From Bacteroidia bacterium (GTDB taxonomy: Bacteria > Bacteroidota > Bacteroidia > UBA8524), in assembly GCA_965222995.1 (NCBI GenBank), contig OZ244977.1, forward strand, positions 582,095-646,094: 64,000 nucleotides of DNA, written 5' to 3'. Positions 56,665 through 64,000 of this stretch are shown piece by piece; positions within the stretch are counted from its first letter, which is position 1, and each line of letters starts with the position of its first letter. The translations under genes were made by a program, and so were the position numbers. The notes below the pieces were generated by a model. The model saw only the letters and a list, made by a program, of their open reading frames with translations, did not search any database and was not told the DNA's origin.

Positions 56665-59421
56665 TTATTTCCAGTGAGGTAAATCTATTGTTGCACTAAA
56701 ATAAATCATTCTACCCACACGGGGGCCACCATACACTTGTATAACTTTATTATTTAGCAGATTACTGGCACCAAACTTAAAGGTGGTATATATACGGCTT
56801 ACTTTATAGTTTATTTGTGCGTCAACCATATCATAAGTAGGAACAAAGCCTGTAAACTGTGGTGAACCTTCAAAAGTAAAACCTTCAACCCACCTGTAAT
56901 TAATGCTATACCCCCAGTTACGTATATGTTTACTACCGATTTTGGTGTTTATTTCTCTTCCGTTTATTCCAATATTAAATTTATGCTCGGGGGTATTAAA
57001 AGCCGGTATTATAGGATCCGTGCTTCCTTGCCTATCTAAAACATTCCAACTGTAATTGCCTGCAAAATTTATCCAAGATTTGATGTAATAGTTCACACCT
57101 ACCGAAAACCCTGTAGTTGTAACTAAATCTTTTGAGTTTGTGGTAACCCTAAATACATCGGTTTTGGTGGGGAAGTTTGTATTGGAATCAATTTCTAAAT
57201 CCATACCGATTTTAAATCCTAAAAAGTCTTGGTATACACTATAATAATAGCTGGCATCAATAAATAATTTTTTACCTATTGTAGTTCTGTACCCTACTTC
57301 GGCTGTCCGTACACGTTCAGGTTTTACTGCATCTACATTAAAAAAGTCTAAGTCATTTCGGTTCAAGGTATTCAGATATGTTAAAAAAGACTCAACTGTT
57401 ACCAAATTACTATATCCCTCTAAATTTCCTATAAGGGTTGCTCTACCCACATTTAAAAAGAAATATTGGTCGGTAAGTGTGGGGTTACGGATTGCCGAGG
57501 CAAATGAAAACCTGAAAATATTTTTGTTTTGCACATATACGGCGGTAAAAGCAGGAGAAAACAAGTGGTCAAAATTCTGGTTTTTATCCATACGTAATGT
57601 GGCACTTAGTTTTAGTTTTTCATCCAAAACTTTTTTCTCTAAGCCCGTATATACTCCATATTCAAAATTACTAATCCGTTCGCCTGCCGTATCAATAAAT
57701 AAAGTTCCTTGTGAGAAGGGCCTATACAGTCGGGCACTTGCACCAAAGCGTATATCAGCAAATTTTGGGTTAAAAATATATTCTCCTTGTGCATGGTAAA
57801 GAGCTGATTTATCAAAAAAGCGTGAACCCCCTTCTGTAACTTTGGTTGAAGTAATAGCATTGAAAGCAGAGTCGAAGGCTCTTGAACCCGGTGCAAAACG
57901 TTCTGCAATATTTATATTTTCATTATCAGCAAAAGTTCTGGTTTCTGCATGCCATTTCACAAATGAGTCATAATAATTGTTTTGAACAAACTCTTGCCTA
58001 CGACGGGCCAGTGTTGTATCTCCCGGTTGAAAAGGAGGAAAGCCCGGCAAAGCCCTCACGCGGCTATCAATATTCTGGTTCCAGTAGTTTGCATAGTCTA
58101 AACTCCACTGCACATCGGCTTTAGAGTTGTCTTGCAACAGTAAGGCAGTTCTAAACGCATCGTATGAGTTTCCTGCATCCTCATGTGTGGCATAAACTCT
58201 GAAAAAATATTTTTTATTTTTTCTTATCTCTAATCTATTCTGAAAGAAAAGAATATCACGCAAACTGAAACGGTTATCTCCCTGATACACGGTAGTACCT
58301 GTACCAAAGTTAAAAGCATAAATCAACTCAACATCTTTTTTTATTTTATAATGGGCTGCCAAGCTACTTTTAAAATTTCGGGTATCGTAGTCTACAATAT
58401 CAATTTCTTTGTAGCCTGTTCGGTAGTATACACCCAGCCCGGGAACAGATAATTGCCCAGAACGGTCGTTTCGTTGCTGGTATTCATCACCATAAACATT
58501 AACTGCATCCCAACCACCGGGGTTGCCAAATGGAGAGCGAGATTGAGGGGTAGCTTCATAATTTTCAGCTTCCCAGTCATCGGCACGTAAAGCAAAAAGA
58601 TTTACTTTATAAGCAAATTTATCTTCGCCCTTTTTATTTTTAAAAGATTGTGCAAAACGCACTGCCATTTCTCCCAAATTTCTTTCACCCACTTTCACTT
58701 GTGCAGTAATTCCTTGGTGGTCGAAAGGGTTTTTGGTAGTCATATTAATCACTCCATTAAACGCATTGGGACCATAATATGCACCACTGGCACCCACAAT
58801 TAAATCTACTTTTAATACATCCAGCTCAGGCGCACCTAAAAAATTACCGAGTGAGAAATTAAGACCCGGAGCTTGGTTATCAACTCCATCTATCAGCTGT
58901 AATGAACGTACCGGAGATGTACTATTAAATCCTCTGGTATTAATTACTTTAAAACCAATACTTGCAGCGGTTAAGTCTACCCCTTTTAAATGCGAAAGAC
59001 CTTCATAAAAATTGGCTGCAGGGGTTTCTTTAATAGAGATTAAATCTAGCGATTCAATGGTTAAAGGCGCTTGCTTTTGCTTTTCTGAAATTCGCATTTC
59101 AGTTACTTCAACTTCACCAACATTAACCACATTTGGGACTAGTCTTATTGTAATATTTTTTTTTGTATTTGTTATATTAATTTCTCGGTTAACATAACCT
59201 GTATAACTAATTACTAAAGCTGTAGGTAGCTGTGAAATGCTTAGTTTAAAATTTCCATTATAATCGGTAGTAGTACCTTTTGATGAGTTTTTTATTAAGA
59301 TGGATGCTCCAATTAATTCTTCATTAGTTTCAGCATCTTTTACTTTACCTTTTAGTATTTGCTGGGCACTAAGTATTGAAGCTCCCCATATAAAAAGTAG
59401 GGTAGTAAAAATATACCTCAT
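56665..59421 (-). CDS. TonB-dependent outer membrane receptor
   Basis: 918 aa with a signal peptide, a CarboxypepD_reg-like motif (LKGKVKDAETNEELIGASIL) and a plug. The barrel ends HWK. Confidence 0.9.
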   Translation of the reverse strand: MRYIFTTLLFIWGASILSAQQILKGKVKDAETNEELIGASILIKNSSKGTTTDYNGNFKLSISQLPTALVISYTGYVNREINITNTKKNITIRLVPNVVNVGEVEVTEMRISEKQKQAPLTIESLDLISIKETPAANFYEGLSHLKGVDLTAASIGFKVINTRGFNSTSPVRSLQLIDGVDNQAPGLNFSLGNFLGAPELDVLKVDLIVGASGAYYGPNAFNGVINMTTKNPFDHQGITAQVKVGERNLGEMAVRFAQSFKNKKGEDKFAYKVNLFALRADDWEAENYEATPQSRSPFGNPGGWDAVNVYGDEYQQRNDRSGQLSVPGLGVYYRTGYKEIDIVDYDTRNFKSSLAAHYKIKKDVELIYAFNFGTGTTVYQGDNRFSLRDILFFQNRLEIRKNKKYFFRVYATHEDAGNSYDAFRTALLLQDNSKADVQWSLDYANYWNQNIDSRVRALPGFPPFQPGDTTLARRRQEFVQNNYYDSFVKWHAETRTFADNENINIAERFAPGSRAFDSAFNAITSTKVTEGGSRFFDKSALYHAQGEYIFNPKFADIRFGASARLYRPFSQGTLFIDTAGERISNFEYGVYTGLEKKVLDEKLKLSATLRMDKNQNFDHLFSPAFTAVYVQNKNIFRFSFASAIRNPTLTDQYFFLNVGRATLIGNLEGYSNLVTVESFLTYLNTLNRNDLDFFNVDAVKPERVRTAEVGYRTTIGKKLFIDASYYYSVYQDFLGFKIGMDLEIDSNTNFPTKTDVFRVTTNSKDLVTTTGFSVGVNYYIKSWINFAGNYSWNVLDRQGSTDPIIPAFNTPEHKFNIGINGREINTKIGSKHIRNWGYSINYRWVEGFTFEGSPQFTGFVPTYDMVDAQINYKVSRIYTTFKFGASNLLNNKVIQVYGGPRVGRMIYFSATIDLPHWK

Positions 59422-59502
59422 TAGCCTTGGTTGCGGTTAGTTGTTGTAAATATAAAGTAAACAAGCAAAAATGCATTCAGAATGTTTGCCCACAAAAGTT
59501 TA

Positions 59503-60000
59503 CTAATTATTATTTTCTCTATACCACATAATTAAGTCTGTTTGTGGCATGGCACCAGTAAAGCCTAACTGGCGCATAAAGCCAATAATTTGTCCGCGAT
59601 GAAAAGCACTGTGGTGGGTGAGCTGTAATAATATTTGGTATATAGGCTGTGTAAATTGGGTTCCTCTAAAATTGGTATACTCAATTTCAGTAGCCAGATA
59701 ATCTTCTGTTTTATTTGCTAGTAGTTTGTTGTATTGCTCATAGCTCTTCAAAATTTCTTTTTTTAATTCATTATACGAACCTGTAAAGTTTTTAGAGGGC
59801 AAAGGCATATCCTTTTTGTGATATACCCTGTTATACCAAACGTTTTGGGCATTCCAAAGGTGTATGAGTATGGCTTTTATGTTTGGAAAACTGCTATTGA
59901 TAGGCTGCTCTAAATACTCCTCTAGCAGAGCATTCATAATACTTTCGATAGCCCAGTATGAGGCTAAGTGCATTTCTTTAAAATGTTTTAGACTATACAT
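59503..60000 (-). CDS. DinB-family (four-helix-bundle) protein
   Basis: 165 aa with conserved His positions (HLWNAQNVW, THHSAFHRGQ). Confidence 0.75.
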   Translation of the reverse strand: MYSLKHFKEMHLASYWAIESIMNALLEEYLEQPINSSFPNIKAILIHLWNAQNVWYNRVYHKKDMPLPSKNFTGSYNELKKEILKSYEQYNKLLANKTEDYLATEIEYTNFRGTQFTQPIYQILLQLTHHSAFHRGQIIGFMRQLGFTGAMPQTDLIMWYRENNN

Positions 60001-60107
60001 TTGTAGTTAAATAAGTTGTGAATGTATATGCAAAACGTTGTTTTATAGTTTTTTAATAAAATGGTTAACTTGTTTTACTAATATTAAACATTATAAAAAT
60101 AACTACT

Positions 60108-60491
60108 ATGAACAAAGATAGCAATGCAATTAACTGGTTTGAAATTCCTGTAACTGATATAAACAGGGCAAAAACGTTTTATCAAACAATTTTTGGTTTG
60201 AGTGATATGGAGGAAATGGAAATGATGGGTAACAAAATGGCGTTTCTTCCCTTTGAGGATGGTAATGGAAAAGTATCAGGTGCTTTAGTGCAGGGTGAGG
60301 GTTATAAACCTACAATGGATGGTGCTTTAATTTACTTAAATGCCGACCCTAGTATGGAGGCGTCAGATAAAATTGAAGGTGCCGGTGGAAAAATTATAAT
60401 GCCTAAAACAAACATTGGAGATAATATAGGGTTTATGGCTGTTTTTATTGATAGTGAGGGTAATAGAATGGCTCTTCACTCTAATGGATAA
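60108..60491 (+). CDS. VOC (glyoxalase/bleomycin-resistance) family protein
   Basis: 127 aa with the small beta-alpha-beta-beta-beta fold pattern (WFEIPVTDINRAKTFY...MALH). Confidence 0.75.
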   Translation: MNKDSNAINWFEIPVTDINRAKTFYQTIFGLSDMEEMEMMGNKMAFLPFEDGNGKVSGALVQGEGYKPTMDGALIYLNADPSMEASDKIEGAGGKIIMPKTNIGDNIGFMAVFIDSEGNRMALHSNG

Positions 60492-60495
60492 AGCT

Positions 60496-61185
60496 TTAGA
60501 GTTCCATAAGCAACTGCTTTAGTTCAGCCACCCCTTCGGTGGCTGTTTTGTTTATTACGGTAAGGTTTTCTACACCATATACAGGCTCACCGTTAGGGTC
60601 TATTAAATATTTTGGAATTTTAGCAGCTGCGTAGTGCAATAAGCCTGCTGCGGGGTATACCTGTAACGATGTACCTATTACAGCCAATATATCTGCCCGA
60701 GCAGTTATCATAGTAGCAACATCCATCATAGGTACTTCTTCTCCGAACCAAACTATGTGGGGCCGAAGTTGGTTGCCGTCCTCTGCCAAATCTCCCCATT
60801 TTAGTTCCCAACCGTTTAGCTCGTGAACCTTAAACGCATTTTTTACACTACGCACCTTTTTGAGTTCTCCATGTAAATGTACTATGTTAGATGAACCTCC
60901 ACGTTCATGCAAGTCGTCTACATTTTGGGTAATTATGTGTACATCAAAATGCTGTTCTAGTTCTGCTAAACCTGTATGCCCAGTGTTTGGTGTAACTTCT
61001 TGTAACTGCTCACGGCGTTGATTATAAAACTCTAGTACTAGTTTAGGGTTACGGTTCCACCCGTCTATGCTGGCAACTTCCATTACATCGTGATTTTCCC
61101 ATAGTCCGCCACTATCTCTAAAGGTTTTTAAACTACTTTCAGCACTCATACCTGCACCTGTAAGTACTACAAGTTTTTGTTTCAT
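60496..61185 (-). CDS. cobB: NAD-dependent protein deacylase (Sir2 family)
   Basis: Motifs GAGMSAESS, TQNVDDLHERGG, HGEL and GTSLQVYPAAGL are present. No Zn-ribbon Cys are visible, so it is the short Sir2 type. Confidence 0.88.
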   Translation of the reverse strand: MKQKLVVLTGAGMSAESSLKTFRDSGGLWENHDVMEVASIDGWNRNPKLVLEFYNQRREQLQEVTPNTGHTGLAELEQHFDVHIITQNVDDLHERGGSSNIVHLHGELKKVRSVKNAFKVHELNGWELKWGDLAEDGNQLRPHIVWFGEEVPMMDVATMITARADILAVIGTSLQVYPAAGLLHYAAAKIPKYLIDPNGEPVYGVENLTVINKTATEGVAELKQLLMEL

Positions 61186-61296
61186 GGTATAAAATTAGTT
61201 TAAGTTTTTCGTCATTACGAACGTAGTGAAGTAATCTTTGGTTTTTTAAGGCAAAAAGATTGCTTCATTGTGTCTCCTCGAAATGACGGTAAGGAG

Positions 61297-63072
61297 TTAC
61301 ATTCTTTCAGGAGCATTAATTCCTAATAGGTTTAGCCCTTGTTTTAGTACTTTGCCCGTAGTCTCGGTAAGTTTTATTCGGAAAGATTTTAAGGTTTCGT
61401 TTTCTTCTTTGCTTACAGGGCTATCCCTATAAAAACGGTTATATAGTTTTGCTAAATCATATACGTAAGCAGCAATGGCAGCAGGGTTATAGTCTCTACC
61501 CGCTTCTTCTACCGCTTTAGGAAATTTAGAAAGCCCAATAATTAAATCTCGCTCAGCTTCATTCATTTCTTTTGGAGCCTCGTTATTAACAGTAAAGCCT
61601 CCATCGCTATTATTTTTCAGTAATGAGCATATACGTGCATGTGTGTATTGTATAAACGGGCCTGTATTACCTGCAAAATCAATACTCTCTTTCGGGTCGA
61701 ACAATAAACGCTTGGCAGGGTCAACCCTTAGTAAAAAGTATTTTAAGGCACCCATTCCTAAGGTCTCAAATAGTTCGCTTTGCTCTGCTTTGCTTAACCC
61801 CTCTATTTTGCCAAGTTCTTCGCTAAGTTCTTTGGCTGTAGCGTGCATTTCGTCCATAAGGTCATCTGCATCTACCACTGTTCCTTCGCGAGACTTCATT
61901 TTACCTTCGGGTAAATCTACCATGCCGTAGCTAAGGTGGTATAGCCCATCGGCATAGCTTCTTCCTAGTTTTTTTAGTATGGCAAACAATACCTTAAAAT
62001 GGTAATCTTGCTCGTTACCAACAACGTATATAGAGTTATCACAACCGTACTGCTTAAATTTTTCATCAGCGGTACCAATATCCTGCGTTATATATACGGA
62101 TGTACCGTCTTTACGTAGTAAAAGCTTCTCATCCAGCTTTTCTTTTTGTAAGTCTATCCATACGCTACTATCGTCTTTCTTGAAAAATATATCACGCTCC
62201 AGCCCTTCTTTTACCACATCTTTGCCTAACAGGTAGGTATTACTTTCGTAATAATACTGGTCAAAACTTACACCCATACGGTCATAGGTTTTTCCAAAAC
62301 CATCATACACCCAGCCATTCATAGTTTTCCAAAGGTTTATCACTTCTTCGTCGCCTGCTTCCCATTTGCGTAGCATTTCTTGGGCTTCTTTTAGTAATGG
62401 TGTTTCTTTTCCGTCTTCACCCTTAGCCTTTAAAATAGCTTGTTCTTCTTTATAGTGTTTATCAAACTCTACGTAGTATTTGCCCACTAAATGATCTCCT
62501 TTTATGCCACTACTTTCAGGAGTTTCGCCGTTGCCAAATTTTTGCCACGCCAGCATACTTTTGCATATATGTATACCGCGGTCGTTTACCAGGTTGGCTT
62601 TAATTACTTCATATCCGTTATGTTCCAGTATTTGGCTTACGCTAAACCCTAAAAGGTTATTACGCACATGCCCTAAATGCAAAGGCTTGTTGGTATTTGG
62701 CGATGAATACTCTACCATTACTTTTTTGCCTTTACCTAATTGGGTTTTACCAAAGTCTTCAGCGGTATGAATGGTATTGCTAAAGTGGTTTACCCAATAA
62801 GTATCTGCAATTTCAAGGTTTAAGAAACCTTTTATTACGTTGTAATTGGCAATCTCATCGCAATTAATCTTTAGGTACTCGCCAATGTCTGTAGCAGTAT
62901 CTTCAGGCTTTTTTTTGCTGCTTCGCAAAAAAGGAAATACTACAAAGGTGTAGTCTCCCACAAAATCGGGTTTTGTAGTTTCCATTTTCAAAGTTTCAGC
63001 AGCTATATCAGCACTATATAAACTATTTAGTGCAGCAGCTACATGTTGTTGTAAAATCGCCTCTATACTCAT
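61297..63072 (-). CDS. argS: Arginine--tRNA ligase
   Basis: 591 aa with the class I HIGH-like motif PLHLGHVRN and a C-terminal DALR anticodon-binding region. Confidence 0.93.
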   Translation of the reverse strand: MSIEAILQQHVAAALNSLYSADIAAETLKMETTKPDFVGDYTFVVFPFLRSSKKKPEDTATDIGEYLKINCDEIANYNVIKGFLNLEIADTYWVNHFSNTIHTAEDFGKTQLGKGKKVMVEYSSPNTNKPLHLGHVRNNLLGFSVSQILEHNGYEVIKANLVNDRGIHICKSMLAWQKFGNGETPESSGIKGDHLVGKYYVEFDKHYKEEQAILKAKGEDGKETPLLKEAQEMLRKWEAGDEEVINLWKTMNGWVYDGFGKTYDRMGVSFDQYYYESNTYLLGKDVVKEGLERDIFFKKDDSSVWIDLQKEKLDEKLLLRKDGTSVYITQDIGTADEKFKQYGCDNSIYVVGNEQDYHFKVLFAILKKLGRSYADGLYHLSYGMVDLPEGKMKSREGTVVDADDLMDEMHATAKELSEELGKIEGLSKAEQSELFETLGMGALKYFLLRVDPAKRLLFDPKESIDFAGNTGPFIQYTHARICSLLKNNSDGGFTVNNEAPKEMNEAERDLIIGLSKFPKAVEEAGRDYNPAAIAAYVYDLAKLYNRFYRDSPVSKEENETLKSFRIKLTETTGKVLKQGLNLLGINAPERM

Positions 63073-63251
63073 TGTGGGTGCAAAGATATTTTGTGAAGTG
63101 GGATAATGGGAATTTTTTTGTTGCTGTCTCAGAAATAGGACTTTATAATATCATTAAAAAAGTACTTATAAACGCCGTATTTATAAATACTGATATCTTG
63201 GGTATAAACTAAAGTATATATTTGTTTAAATATTATCTGCAATTTTTAAAA

Positions 63252-64000
63252 GATGCTTCAGAGGGTATTGAATTCATCATTCCTGATAAATGTTTTAAGT
63301 AACAAATCTTTATTGGTAAAAAAGATAAGTTATTTCACCCTAGCAATTGTTGGACTTCAGCTGATAATGGGTGTTTTTTTAGATTACCCAAATATGGTTT
63401 TTGGGTTTATACTTCTTATAGCACTTTGCCAAGTTATCATTCTTTGGCTGATAAAAGCCAAGCAGGAAACAGCTGCAAAAATTGCTTTTTTAAGCAGTTC
63501 ATACACGTTCATTTTTTTCTTGACACCCATCTTTGGATATGAATATAATACACACTTATTCCTAGTGCCGGGTGTAGGGATGGCTCTTATTTTCTTTGAT
63601 AAAGAAATAGGAAAAAAGAAATGGTTTTTTGTTTTACTGGGGTTGCCAATGTGGCTAGCGATAGAAGTTTGGGCAAGGCATTTACCTGTTGTAGTATCAG
63701 TTTCTATTGAGCAAGCAGAACTAATGGGACAAATAAATATTGGGCTTACTATTATAACTTCAATTTTTATGTTCTATGTATTTACAAGTAGGCTAAATGA
63801 ACAGCTTAAAACTATTGAAGAAGAAAAGCAAAATGCAGAAAACTCCATAAAAAGACTTACCCAATTCAATAACCTGTTAACACACGATTTAAAGTCGCCA
63901 CTAGCCAATATTATTGACATAGTGAACTTAGTTGATAGAGATGACTTGAGTGATGAGAATAAAGAATTGTTTACTCTTTTAGATGATAAGGCAAAAGGAG
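63252..64000 (+). CDS. Membrane sensor histidine kinase, 3'-truncated by window edge
   Basis: The frame is open from the ATG at 63252 to the window end. It has ~5 TM helices and then the H-box NLLTHDLKSPLANI. It is absent from the ORF track because no stop falls within the window. Confidence 0.65.

Noticed and set aside
61201-61296. Nested imperfect inverted repeats (cgtcatt...aatgacg; gaagtaatcttt...aaagattgcttc) between the Sir2 and argS genes, considered as a riboswitch or leader
   Set aside because: Stems are imperfect and AT-rich, and no conserved riboswitch core is recognisable. More likely an ordinary terminator or leader structure. Not distinctive enough to call.
1-64000. Searched by eye for tRNA/rRNA genes, CRISPR repeat-spacer arrays, transposase/integrase genes and IS inverted repeats
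   Set aside because: No intergenic region shows tRNA-like GC-rich cloverleaf sequence or regularly spaced direct repeats. No ORF resembles a transposase, integrase or phage protein. The window looks like stable chromosomal backbone with lineage-specific envelope genes.

Overview
This 64-kb window is low-GC (~33-36%) chromosomal DNA of Bacteroidetes type. The sequence shows T9SS C-terminal sorting domains, three TonB-dependent receptors with carboxypeptidase-regulatory-like N-termini, TAnnTTTG-type -7 promoter motifs, and several ATGA-coupled gene pairs where TGA is the stop. Most genes are housekeeping or cell-envelope genes on both strands: mnmA, frr, gpmA, thiL, hutU, hutH, hisS, argS, a Sir2 deacylase, an ABC-2 transporter pair, a ComF-family protein, and a Fur-family regulator. 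Also present are two T9SS-sorted S8 peptidases, a C1 peptidase, a 1418-aa T9SS adhesin-like protein and a UvrD-PD-(D/E)XK helicase-nuclease. I could not recognise any rRNA, tRNA, CRISPR array, transposase or integrase. Eight things stand out. (1) A stand-alone protoglobin-like sensor globin sits upstream of a MarR-type regulator with a C-terminal Cys4 tail and a TonB-dependent receptor, and is preceded by a 53-nt perfect palindrome. (2) A 15-bp palindrome TGCAACA-N-TGTTGCA lies upstream of two unlinked genes. (3) A compact four-gene secreted cassette has two paralogous 4-Cys small proteins, a 404-aa protein and a thioredoxin-like lipoprotein. (4) Three tandem paralogs of a ~365-aa secreted beta-rich protein occur together. 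(5) A Cys-rich lipoprotein is paired with a membrane-anchored TlpA-like thiol-disulfide oxidoreductase. (6) Two paralogous ECF-sigma/anti-sigma modules have a C-terminal outer-membrane beta-barrel on the anti-sigma. (7) A DinB/YfiT-type gene carries an in-frame TGA at a conserved Trp position. (8) The adhesin gene has a strong GC and NCG-codon anomaly. All calls come from reading the sequence and ORF translations by eye. No database search was possible.
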